Position numbers and translations under genes: made by a program. 64,000 nt of DNA. Origin: a virus. This document shows, piece by piece, positions 10,402 through 19,404 of this stretch. The notes below the pieces were generated by a model that worked only from the letters and a program-made list of their open reading frames with translations, did not search any database and was not told where the DNA came from. The stretch lies in the IMG/VR virus record IMGVR_UViG_3300034066_002191. One strand, given 5' to 3'. The first letter of the stretch is position 1; every line of letters starts with the position of its first letter.

Positions 10402-11397
10402 ATGGCATCATACTTTCGCGGAATACCAGATTTCGATTATGTAAGTCGTTTACTAGACGCAAAAATATCAGATTATATTCCAGTAAAAAACCTTTTTAAG
10501 CGTGGAAAACTTCGTGAGGATATTTTTGGAAATCTTCAATACTTCACGAAGTACAAAATCATTGGTGACGAGAGACCAGATAATGTTGCATATAAACTGT
10601 ATGGCGATGAAACTTTAGACTGGGTTATATTACTTTCAAATAATATTTTAAACATTCAAACAGAATGGCCATTAGCACAGTCCACATTTGATAAAATTCT
10701 TTTAGAAAGGTATGAATCTTATGATAATCTTTACAATGGCATACATCATTATGAAACTAAAGAATTGAGAACATCGTCTGGCGCAATTCTGTTAAGAGAA
10801 GGATTGATACTTGACGACTCCTGGAGCAATAATGGAAACTTTATAACAGGGGTCGAAATTAAGATTAACTATATTTTCCATTACTTTGATGAAGATTTGA
10901 CTTATGTTGTTCTAAATGAACCTATAGTAAATTTGAGGTCAGGAGATAAAATAGAAATTTATAATGTAAAAGATACTAGCTTCAATGGAGAATATGAAGT
11001 CATAGAGCTATTAGAAAATATAGGAGGTGAAGTTCGTTCTTTTAGATGTAGAAATTCTACTGCCAAGAGTCAAGATCAGCCAGAATTATCTGGAAATGAA
11101 AAGGTAGGGTATATCCCATATAAAGAAGTTCCCCAAGGAAGTTTATATTATTATCAGTATTATGACTCCAACATAAAAACGACAGTAAATATCCCAGTAT
11201 CACAGATATTAAGTCCAGTCACTAATTATGATTATGAAATCAAAATAGAAGAAGATAAAAGAAATATATTTGTACTAAAACAAAATTATCTGAATGTGAT
11301 ACTGAATGATATAGAAGTGAATTATCCTTATAAAGAAGGTGGACAACAATACATCAATGAAAGATTAAAGCGTGGTGAAAATATAAGATTAATGTAA
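10402..11397 (+). CDS. gp53: Baseplate wedge gp53
   Basis: YF..IPDFDY, KNLFKR, ERPDNVAYKLYGD..LDWVILLSN, IHHYET. Confidence 0.9.
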   Translation: MASYFRGIPDFDYVSRLLDAKISDYIPVKNLFKRGKLREDIFGNLQYFTKYKIIGDERPDNVAYKLYGDETLDWVILLSNNILNIQTEWPLAQSTFDKILLERYESYDNLYNGIHHYETKELRTSSGAILLREGLILDDSWSNNGNFITGVEIKINYIFHYFDEDLTYVVLNEPIVNLRSGDKIEIYNVKDTSFNGEYEVIELLENIGGEVRSFRCRNSTAKSQDQPELSGNEKVGYIPYKEVPQGSLYYYQYYDSNIKTTVNIPVSQILSPVTNYDYEIKIEEDKRNIFVLKQNYLNVILNDIEVNYPYKEGGQQYINERLKRGENIRLM

Positions 11398-11404
11398 TAA
11401 AAAA

Positions 11405-11420
11405 GGAGCCATTAGGCTCC
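11405..11420. terminator. Intrinsic terminator between convergent gp53 and gp32
   Basis: GGAGCC-atta-GGCTCC hairpin with an A-run on the left (U-tract on the minus strand). Confidence 0.7.
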
Positions 11421-11426
11421 CTTAGT

Positions 11427-12347
11427 TCATTCTGCTAGTTTGCTAAAGTATGATAGTGCATCATCTTCATCTTCGTCTTCTGTGATAGGAGACGACTTAC
11501 TGCGAGAGTAAGATTCTTCTAGTTCTTTCATGATATCGGTTTCTGCCGACTGTACCAAAGATTCTAGTTCATCTTCTTGCTCACGAATAGACTTTGATGA
11601 AGCTGAATTAGTTCCTAGTACATAATCAAGACGCTTCTGTAGCTCTTCTGGGGCTTTGAACTTTTCCCTAGAAATAAGTTCTTGGAGAGAGTGCTCATTC
11701 TTCCAAAGTTCTTCTAGCCTTTCATCGTCTCCACTGAGAAGCGGTGATGGAGATTCAAATACGCTATCATCATAATTTGGATATCCGGCCACTTGCTTTA
11801 CGCGAAGACGGAAGTTAGCACCAGCCCAAAGATCAAAAGGATCGATTGCTGGATCATCTTCGAATTCTGGCTTCATTGAAGCTTTGATTTTATCAAATAC
11901 TTTTGCGCCAAAACGGAAGATTTTGACTTGGCCTTCAAGTGAAGGATCTGCTGGATTGTTTACGATGTAAACATTGGCATAATAACTAAGTTTACGCTTT
12001 CGTGCTCGTGCTACTTCCTTGTCAGAATCTAGACCAGAGTTCCAGAGTTCTCCATTAGAACGACATACACAGCATTCTTCGCCAAGAGTGGTTGGACAGT
12101 TGTCGATGAACCAGCGTCCATTGACTTGGAAACCATGGTTATATAGTTTTACGAACGGAAGGTCTTCATTTGGAGGAGCAGGAAGAAAACGAATTACTGC
12201 GCGACCATTACCTGCCTTATCTGTTTCTAGTTTGAAAAGGTTGGGATTATCTCCAGTATTGTTGGATCCCATTTTTTCTGCTTCTTTGAGAAGCTTTTCG
12301 GTCAGGCTACCAAGTGAAGATTGCTTCTTAAGATCTTTAAAATTCAT
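11427..12347 (-). CDS. gp32: Single-stranded DNA-binding protein gp32
   Basis: DKAGNG.AVIRFLPAP, HGFQ, NCPTTLG..C.VC, RKRKLSYYAN, acidic tail DDALSYFSKLAE; start placed at MNFKDLKK. Confidence 0.95.
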   Translation of the reverse strand: MNFKDLKKQSSLGSLTEKLLKEAEKMGSNNTGDNPNLFKLETDKAGNGRAVIRFLPAPPNEDLPFVKLYNHGFQVNGRWFIDNCPTTLGEECCVCRSNGELWNSGLDSDKEVARARKRKLSYYANVYIVNNPADPSLEGQVKIFRFGAKVFDKIKASMKPEFEDDPAIDPFDLWAGANFRLRVKQVAGYPNYDDSVFESPSPLLSGDDERLEELWKNEHSLQELISREKFKAPEELQKRLDYVLGTNSASSKSIREQEDELESLVQSAETDIMKELEESYSRSKSSPITEDEDEDDALSYFSKLAE

Positions 12348-12418
12348 GTTGCGGTTGATACGATGGATACTGGGCGACTTTGGGGTTCCCAAGCCCATGG
12401 TCATATTATAGCACAGGG

Positions 12419-12751
12419 TCACTCGTCCTGCAAGTGGTTTTTGGCGTCCTCTATCAAATCAATCATGTTCTTAAATACATCATTGATTTTCATCTCCGAA
12501 GAAAATCCTAAAAACTTCATTGATTCATCCAATCTATTTTTCATTTCGATTGCATTTGAATCGTCCGATAAACTCAATCTAGTATATAATATTCTTTGCT
12601 TTTCAAGCAAATCTTCCAACATTTTTATGTGATTCATTTTTTCTTCTTTGCTCATTTCCTGAAATGAAAGAATACTAGAAGATATCCTTTCTTGTAAAAA
12701 TCCGATTTCCTTTAATTCGGTTCTTACTATATCTGAACTAAAAAATGTCAC
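12419..12751 (-). CDS. Conserved cyanophage protein (DUF1825-like)
   Basis: MTFFSSDIV...LLEKQRILYTRLSLSDD..A. Confidence 0.65.
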   Translation of the reverse strand: MTFFSSDIVRTELKEIGFLQERISSSILSFQEMSKEEKMNHIKMLEDLLEKQRILYTRLSLSDDSNAIEMKNRLDESMKFLGFSSEMKINDVFKNMIDLIEDAKNHLQDE

Positions 12752-13347
12752 AGCAATACTTTTCTTAAAATGTTCTTGTATTTATCCAAATCAATGGAAA
12801 GAAAAGGCGAATAATTTTTGATTTTTTTAGAAATCAATTCCCAAACCGGATCAAGAAGACCGTCATCAAATTTTTTCCTGTAATTTAACATTTGATCTAG
12901 CACTACCATTGTTTCTAACGATAAATTTCCAGACAAATATGCCTTTAAAATTTTTGGATGCTTGTTATTCTTAATTTCTAGATATTCAAAAAGATGGCCT
13001 TCTTGAAATGTATTCTTCAAGTCGTTTTCAAATACATATGTCAAAGATTGCCTTTTTTTCTTCCATTCAGTATAAGTATCGTTTCCATTTTTAATGATAT
13101 CGCCAATCCAAAGAGATGTGGGATCAGTGGAAGAAACAAAGTTAGAAACAAAAAAATCTACTATTTCTTCGTCTTTTTTCTGTCGTGATAATTTCTCAAA
13201 GAATAACCGATCTTTTCTTTTATTAAATGACTCTATAGATGCCTTTATTTTTCCACAGTATTTAAAATAATCATAAGTATCACTAGTAAAATGATGTTTT
13301 AGGGCAAGATACTGTTTGTAAGTTTCGTGAGGAGTCACTTTGGTCAT
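12748..13347 (-). CDS. gp59: Helicase loader gp59
   Basis: YLALKHHFT...YDYFKYCGK, F.KRKDR.FFEKL, between gp33 and gp32. Confidence 0.9.
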   Translation of the reverse strand: MTKVTPHETYKQYLALKHHFTSDTYDYFKYCGKIKASIESFNKRKDRLFFEKLSRQKKDEEIVDFFVSNFVSSTDPTSLWIGDIIKNGNDTYTEWKKKRQSLTYVFENDLKNTFQEGHLFEYLEIKNNKHPKILKAYLSGNLSLETMVVLDQMLNYRKKFDDGLLDPVWELISKKIKNYSPFLSIDLDKYKNILRKVLL

Positions 13348-13607
13348 AAAGGAAGTTTAGCTTTAGATGTTTTCTTAAGAAAATTCAATTCGATCGCATC
13401 ACATTTGAGTTTTTCTTTTAGTGGCTTAGAAATTAGCTTTGAAATAGATTCGACATCAATACTGTTAGCTTCACAATATTGGACAATTGCAGTGATATAA
13501 TTATACTCAGGATTTTCTTTTACTAAAGATTCTATTTCTTGGGCAAATTTATCTTGACACAGAAACTTTTTTTGGAACTCTTTTTTCAACTCATCTGATT
13601 GATTCAT
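13344..13607 (-). CDS. gp33: Late promoter co-activator gp33
   Basis: FAQEIE..V, YI.AIV.YCE, KLISKPLKEKLK.DA.ELNFLK. Confidence 0.9.
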   Translation of the reverse strand: MNQSDELKKEFQKKFLCQDKFAQEIESLVKENPEYNYITAIVQYCEANSIDVESISKLISKPLKEKLKCDAIELNFLKKTSKAKLPL

Positions 13608-14319
13608 ATTCTTTTAATTTATCGTAGGTGAATTTTTTTACATATTTTACAAGAAGTTTAATATATTTTTCGATGTCAGTTTCAATGTAAGTAACGACTT
13701 CTCCATTTTCACATGACATGATAATTACAAGTTGTTCTACTTCTTTTCCTGTTAACTCTTTAAGCATAAAACAATATGCTGCGGCCTGAACAAAGTAGTT
13801 TTCAATCCACTCTCTAGGTTTTGGTTTTTCAGATGATTTATAATCGATAATACTCAGTTTGCCATCATAATCGGCAATAGTATCTACAGTTCCTGCAATT
13901 TTAAAATAGTCACTATAAAGTGAACGCTCAATTGCAATGATATTGTCAATTTTGTCTAATTCAGATTTTGCGATATCGAAAAGAAACTTCGGTAAAGGAT
14001 CGGCGGAGGGCAAATCTTCATTTAAAATGTAGCTCTCAATTAAAGAGTGCATCGCAGTACCACGAGTTGTTGCTGCTTTTGTAATCTGATTTGCTTTTTC
14101 TTCTCCTACTCTTTTCCGCCAACTGACAAATTTTTCTTTATTATAATGTGATGTTACAGAAGTAACGGAAACAAATTTTTTTAATTCGTTTTCGCTTGGA
14201 ATCTTATAATAACGAATTCCGTCAATTGTTTCCCTTTCTAGTGCTGGAAGATTAATGTCAATATGATTAAACTTTTTTCGATTGATCGAATTCCACTTAT
14301 CAATTAAAGGATTACTCAT
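13591..14319 (-). CDS. PD-(D/E)XK exonuclease
   Basis: SVTSV, W.KRVGEE.A, RGT.MH, AGTVD, IIDYKSS, YFVQ..AY. Confidence 0.85.
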   Translation of the reverse strand: MSNPLIDKWNSINRKKFNHIDINLPALERETIDGIRYYKIPSENELKKFVSVTSVTSHYNKEKFVSWRKRVGEEKANQITKAATTRGTAMHSLIESYILNEDLPSADPLPKFLFDIAKSELDKIDNIIAIERSLYSDYFKIAGTVDTIADYDGKLSIIDYKSSEKPKPREWIENYFVQAAAYCFMLKELTGKEVEQLVIIMSCENGEVVTYIETDIEKYIKLLVKYVKKFTYDKLKEYESIR

Positions 14320-14367
14320 TCATTTTTAGAAAACTTTCATCCATTATAGCAGGTTCTTATGGCGTTG

Positions 14368-15129
14368 TCAAAGACCAAGTGAGTGTTTAGCTATCAAGTA
14401 TTCTTTCACTAAACCGGACCTAACAACATCATCTATACCAAATTCAACTGTCTCAAAAGATGGCATGATACTTAAAACTCTCATGAAATCATGTATTCCA
14501 TTCTTTTCATTCTGGCGAATCAAATCACTTTGAGACGCATCACCACTAAACATAATTTTACAATTTTCTCCGACCCTAGTGATAATAGAATCGTGTTCGT
14601 GTCCGTTCATGTTTTGGAATTCATCTACTATGATAATACAATTATCAAAAGTAGTGCCTCTTAGAAAACTAGACGACCAAAACTTTATTGTTTCTTGTGC
14701 TTTAAGATTTCCATATAACATCTCAAAATCATCATCAGAAGGAAGTTGGAACATGTATTTTACCATGTTCTTATATGGAATTTCAAATAAGGCACTTTTA
14801 TCTTCGTGTCCTCCAGGAAGAAATCCAATTTCACGAGTTTGAACTAAAGAACGAATAATATAAATTTTTTCATAAGCACTTTTTTCATTTAACACTTCTT
14901 GGAGTGCTTTATATAAAAGAACAAATGTTTTTCCAGTTCCAGCAGCTCCATATGCAACTAAATGTTTTCCTTCATCATAAAAATCAAATAATCTTTTCTG
15001 ATTTTCTGTCAAAGGTTCAATATCTAAAAGAAGTTCGGAATTAATTGGTTTTCTTCTTTTCATTTGCTTGGATGTCATACCAACTCCAATGGGCTGATAG
15101 TCATTTGTAGTCTTTTTCCTTCTTGCCAT
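14368..15129 (-). CDS. phoH: PhoH-family ATPase
   Basis: GAAGTGKT, IGFLPG, FLRGTT, DEFQN, GD..QSDL, DVVRSGLV. Confidence 0.95.
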   Translation of the reverse strand: MARRKKTTNDYQPIGVGMTSKQMKRRKPINSELLLDIEPLTENQKRLFDFYDEGKHLVAYGAAGTGKTFVLLYKALQEVLNEKSAYEKIYIIRSLVQTREIGFLPGGHEDKSALFEIPYKNMVKYMFQLPSDDDFEMLYGNLKAQETIKFWSSSFLRGTTFDNCIIIVDEFQNMNGHEHDSIITRVGENCKIMFSGDASQSDLIRQNEKNGIHDFMRVLSIMPSFETVEFGIDDVVRSGLVKEYLIAKHSLGL

Positions 15130-15132
15130 ATA

Positions 15133-15378
15133 TCAGATTTGCATTTGTGATTTACTTCCGCCAGCTTTATTGGCTTTTTTTAGGATTTCTCCCCACCCTG
15201 GATTTTTATTTACAAGGCGATCTTTCCATTCACCAATTTCTCCTGGACTTGCACATCCTTCTGACCAATCTCTTTGCCAATCTGGATTGTCTTTGTACCA
15301 TTGAGTGATGTCATGGACACTCATTTCAACAACTTTTTTCTCGCCCGTTTCTTTATTAACAATCGGATATATTGCCAT
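15133..15378 (-). CDS. Conserved cyanophage hypothetical protein
   Basis: MAIYPIVNKETGE..., usual position upstream of phoH. Confidence 0.7.
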   Translation of the reverse strand: MAIYPIVNKETGEKKVVEMSVHDITQWYKDNPDWQRDWSEGCASPGEIGEWKDRLVNKNPGWGEILKKANKAGGSKSQMQI

Positions 15379-15407
15379 GAATTATAAATTTCAAGATATA
15401 TTATTTA

Positions 15408-16160
15408 TTATGGACTCAACCGAGCACGATGTAGACGCTTCTCCTCATAATATTTCCAAACATTTGGTGTCCATTCCTGAAGATGGGGAACAAACTGTTC
15501 ACATAGTGCCTGGATTTCTAGTTGAGCGTCCATCTTTGCACGCAGGTCCATAATATGAAGAACAGAGCGTAGGTTAAAAGAAACCACAAAGTTCTGACGA
15601 ATTGCTTGTGCAAGATAATCCCTAATGTGTTCTTCGCACATTCCCTTTTCGTATTTTGTTGCATAACGCTTACAACCTTCTAGAATCCAGTTGAGTTCGT
15701 CTTGATAGTCTTCTTGTGTCCAATCGTACTTTTTGCCATAACGATTGGTATAGAAACCAGGAGGACGAACAAAGAAAACATCTTCTGGTTTGAGTTCACC
15801 GCTTGCTACCTTCAGAACCCGCTTTCCAGTATATCGTTGAGATTGAACATCAAATGTCACACCTACCCTGTGAGTCCTGGCCTGCATGGCAACATTGTGA
15901 ACATAGCCAGACACTGAGAAAGTAATTGCAGGGTGCTCTAGAGGTCCCCAGTGACCTTTCTCGTTACTTAAAAGACGATCTACAACCCATTCCCCACACT
16001 CCTGAGATGTAGGAGTTTTTTGAGAGTGAATTGGCGTTTCAGAATAGTCAGATTTACCAGCTTGATAAACGACTTTTTCTGGTTCAGCGTAACATTGGAG
16101 AACTACTACTTCTAAATTCTTATCAAGTTCAAGTAGATCTTTTGCTTTAATAGGCTTCAT
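15408..16160 (-). CDS. thyX: Flavin-dependent thymidylate synthase ThyX
   Basis: GHWGPLEH, RTHRVG...QSQRY, NLRS..H..DLR....AQLEI. Confidence 0.9.
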   Translation of the reverse strand: MKPIKAKDLLELDKNLEVVVLQCYAEPEKVVYQAGKSDYSETPIHSQKTPTSQECGEWVVDRLLSNEKGHWGPLEHPAITFSVSGYVHNVAMQARTHRVGVTFDVQSQRYTGKRVLKVASGELKPEDVFFVRPPGFYTNRYGKKYDWTQEDYQDELNWILEGCKRYATKYEKGMCEEHIRDYLAQAIRQNFVVSFNLRSVLHIMDLRAKMDAQLEIQALCEQFVPHLQEWTPNVWKYYEEKRLHRARLSP

Positions 16161-16345
16161 ACATCATTCTCCCATGTGTCTTTTTCGATCTTACGAAGTT
16201 TTTTTAATTCCTTCATCATTTCTTTAATTTCTTGATATGCAGTTTCTGGAGAAATTTTGTCACTGATCTCCAAACCAACAACATATTGGACTTTATCTCC
16301 AAACCTTGCAAGTGCTCTTTCAAATGCAGTTAATTCTTCGTACAT
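16157..16345 (-). CDS. Small conserved cyanobacterial/cyanophage protein
   Basis: LARFGDKV....GLE...KISPE.AY.EIK; translationally coupled to its neighbours. Confidence 0.65.
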   Translation of the reverse strand: MYEELTAFERALARFGDKVQYVVGLEISDKISPETAYQEIKEMMKELKKLRKIEKDTWENDV

Positions 16346-16604
16346 TATCGCTCCTCATAATAATCTGGTTCATAAGTATCTATAAGATCTTCTTTTTGTT
16401 CTACTGAAAAAAGCTCTTCCAATTTTATAGTATACTTATTTTCTTCTTCTTTTTCTTCTTTAATTTCTTTAATTTCGAGCTTAAGAGACTCAATCAAAAG
16501 CTCCATGTTCTTGATGATTAGATTTATTTTTTCTGGATTCATGAACTCGTTTCGTGCCCATCTATTATACACAAAAAAAGGAGGACTGTCAATCCCCCAG
16601 AGTC

Positions 16605-16706
16605 TTATGTAATTTGTGGCCGTTTTGCCATATTCAATTGTGCGGCTAATAGAAGTTTTTCTTTTTTTGCTTTTTTCTTAAGATAACGAACAAAATAAGT
16701 ATTCAT
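16605..16706 (-). CDS. Basic micro-protein (33 aa)
   Basis: MNTYFVRYLKKKAKKEKLLLAAQLNMAKRPQIT; ATG 1 nt after the preceding stop, with AAGGAG upstream. Confidence 0.55.
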   Translation of the reverse strand: MNTYFVRYLKKKAKKEKLLLAAQLNMAKRPQIT

Positions 16707-16707
16707 T

Positions 16708-16842
16708 TCACTTAAACTCCTTTATGAATTTAACGCCACGATATGCTTCATCGTATTGTTGAGGTTGTTGCTGTTTTTGCTGTTGTGCTTGACGACGCAC
16801 TTCGGTGTCATACTCGACGCCTCTATAAACAACCTTAGACAT
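16708..16842 (-). CDS. DUF4278-like micro-protein (44 aa)
   Basis: MSKVVYRGVEYDT...DEAYRGVKF with two YRG motifs; AAGGAG SD; directly downstream of the riboswitch. Confidence 0.75.
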   Translation of the reverse strand: MSKVVYRGVEYDTEVRRQAQQQKQQQPQQYDEAYRGVKFIKEFK

Positions 16843-16871
16843 TAGCTTAGCTCCTTTACTGTGTGTAAATT

Positions 16872-16922
16872 TGCGTTGCTTCTCCTTAAAGGATACTTCC
16901 GCTGGGCATTCCAGTCAACGAT
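16872..16922 (-). ncRNA. Glutamine riboswitch (glnA motif, glutamine-I class)
   Basis: AUCGUUG-A-CUGG/CCAG hairpin-CGGAAGUA-UCCU/AGGA hairpin-GAAGCAACGC; three-way junction with E-loop matches the glnA consensus. Confidence 0.85.
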
Positions 16923-16928
16923 AGAAGT

Positions 16929-16975
16929 AATATACTCCTAATTTTTATGTATGTCAAGAGTGTATTTATTGATAC
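16929..16975 (-). promoter_or_regulatory. Sigma70-type promoter with an adjacent NtcA box
   Basis: TTGACA-N17-TATATT (16957..16929), predicted +1 at the riboswitch start; GTA-N8-TAC at 16962-16975. Confidence 0.65.
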
Positions 16976-17023
16976 CATTTTGTATCGGGAATATACAAAA
17001 TAATGTTAAGATTTACAAACAAT

Positions 17024-17350
17024 TTATCTTTTAACAAACTCTAGTTTATATCTCTCTGGATTTAATTGTTCTACTATTACATCACAACCTATTTTCGGAT
17101 TGCAGTCTCCACATGTAAAAATATCTACGGCAGCATCTCCCCTTTCTGGCCATGTATGAATGGAGATATGACTTTCGGAAAGTAAACATAAAATAGTAAC
17201 TCCTTGTGGATCAAACTGCTTAAAAATAGTCTGACATACTGTCGCACCACTTATTATAGCAGCATTTTCCAACAAATCAACAAGAAAATGCACATCATTT
17301 AGATGTGCATAAGTACAACCATAGAGATTTAACAAATAGTGCTTTCCCAT
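17024..17350 (-). CDS. speD: S-adenosylmethionine decarboxylase proenzyme
   Basis: MGKH, F.PQGVT...LLSESHISIHTWPE...AAVDIFTCG. Confidence 0.95.
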   Translation of the reverse strand: MGKHYLLNLYGCTYAHLNDVHFLVDLLENAAIISGATVCQTIFKQFDPQGVTILCLLSESHISIHTWPERGDAAVDIFTCGDCNPKIGCDVIVEQLNPERYKLEFVKR

Positions 17351-19139
17351 CAGTCTACTGGATCTTCCTCATATTCTTTTATAAGGTCCGAAACTAAACT
17401 TTCCGTACCATCCATCGTTTTAATTTGGAATAAAGGAGATTTCATATACTTTTTTATTTTCTTGTATTTCTTAATTAAATTTTTTACCTCATCTCTATAG
17501 ATGATTATATTTTCTTTATTGTCAAATCCTGTGCTCATTTCTTTTTCTTAATATCTTTATTTTTATCGCCCCAAAGTCTAGGGTTAGTTCTACCATATCC
17601 AAAATCTATTTTTTTGACCGATCCTGGACCAAACTTATCATAGTATAAATCAAAAATATCTACTTTTTTTCTTCCTCTACACACATCCACATATGAATTA
17701 CTTTCTACTTCATAGTAGATTAGATATGCGTCATTAGGAACAGAAGTGTCCTTTATTTGATCTATAGTAGCATGTTCATAAATTAATTCACATCCATAAA
17801 CAGAATTTATTTTTTCCTTTTCTTCTTTTGTCCATTCTGTCATTTTCTTTTCTTTCAAAACAGTTTTCAAGACCTTCCACCCCATTGAATATCAGGATAT
17901 GCATCCATAACAACTTGATGGTTCATTTTATATTTAGATGTCAGCTGTTTGTCTTTTGTAAGAATTAAAATTTCAGCTTCAAGTGGATGTAATCCCTCAA
18001 GTAGATTGATAAACATAGTTTCTCTACGAATTTTTGATATAGAGTCGTTTCCACCTTTGATAAAATTATAAAAAATACTAGCTTCCTTCCTCAAAGATGT
18101 CCTTTGAGTTGCCATATGAGAATCCAATTTACTTGGATTACTCAATTGTTTTTCGATGCTGCCAGATAAAGTGTCGTTACCAGAAGTTTGTTCTTGGGAA
18201 CTAGAATATGGAACAGGACCCTCTGGTAAAATAGAAATTACACTTTCATCAAAATTCCAAATTAAAATGGAAACAAGAGCATCATTACGATACTCTTGAA
18301 GTATTTCTATTTTCTTTTGATTTGTTCTTTGTTTAGAAACCAGTTCAAGAATCTCATGCTGAAAGGGGTTCGGCTGTAATTGTACAGTTTCAGTCGTTGT
18401 CTTCGTCGCTGTCTTCTTCGTCTTCGTGATAGTCATTAAAATCTCCTTCAAAGCGTAAAGCAAGTATTTCGTCTGGAATCAAATTTCCATTTTTGTCAAA
18501 AAATTCTGGGTGCATATATGGCAATTTATTATCTGAAATATGTTGGCTCACCACCCAAACTATAAGTCCACCAACAAGGAAGAACAAAATTGTAACAAGG
18601 ATGCTTAATGTTATAGCTACTGCGACCATTGTTCTTTCTCCTAAGAATTTCTTTTCTTTATGTGTAATTCTACGCGAAAATGAAATTCTTGTTTAAAAAG
18701 AGAAACCATTTTCGCATAAACAAAACTGAAAAAACTAGGTTCCTCCTTTTTTATCTTATAGTTTCGGAGCATCAGCTCCATACCTCTATTTATTCGTAAC
18801 CTTCTTCCTTCTTCCCGGTCTTTTGTCATACAAGTATTTTTCAGTATCAGTCAAAATAGAATCAAGATAGTTACGAATTTTTCGAGCAAATGGTTTAGAC
18901 AAATAACCATATGCTTCCCTTAGTTGTTTATGCATTTCATCTTGCCCACCCTCAAGATATACATCTAATTCCTCAACTAAGAATTTTAAATTAATGGCGG
19001 TGGAGCTTTCCAAAAACTGTTTAGCCTCAACACGCTTTGCCTCTTTTCCCTTTAAGTACTGATAAAAATCCATAACAAATTTTTGCTCAAAAAAAGCATA
19101 GTCTATGGCTTTTTCTACATCAAAACAATACTCTTGCAT
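17350..19139 (-). other. Run of coupled conserved cyanophage hypothetical genes (17350-17538, 17535-17843, 17867-18463, 18390-18629, 18641-18829, 18786-19139)
   Basis: Tightly packed or overlapping minus-strand ORFs; 17867-18463 has the RRETMFINLLEGLHP.EA motif common in T4-like phages. Confidence 0.6.
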
Positions 19140-19376
19140 TTATACAATTCCGTTTTCCTTTAAGTATTTTACAGTATCCGTGCAGCCACCCAGATGGTGG
19201 TCATTCATAATGACTTGAGGAAATGTAGACCCAGTACCAAACTCGGCATAAAATTCATCTCTAGAAAAATGTTCTCCCAAGTTATAAACCACATGATCTA
19301 AATTTGAAAGCTTGAGAACTTGTTTAATCTTGTCACAATATGGACAACCATTTTTGGAATAAACAGTAAATTTCAT
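19140..19376 (-). CDS. Glutaredoxin (NrdC-like)
   Basis: CPYC, TFPQV, GGCTD. Confidence 0.92.
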   Translation of the reverse strand: MKFTVYSKNGCPYCDKIKQVLKLSNLDHVVYNLGEHFSRDEFYAEFGTGSTFPQVIMNDHHLGGCTDTVKYLKENGIV

Positions 19377-19404
19377 GTTTGTGTGTATTTTTAAAAAATA
19401 TTTA

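Noticed and set aside
13591-14319. Cas4/CRISPR association
   Set aside because: Ordinary core phage exonuclease next to phoH; no repeat-spacer array seen in the window
16982-16996. Second NtcA box
   Set aside because: Spacing is GTA-N9-TAC, not N8
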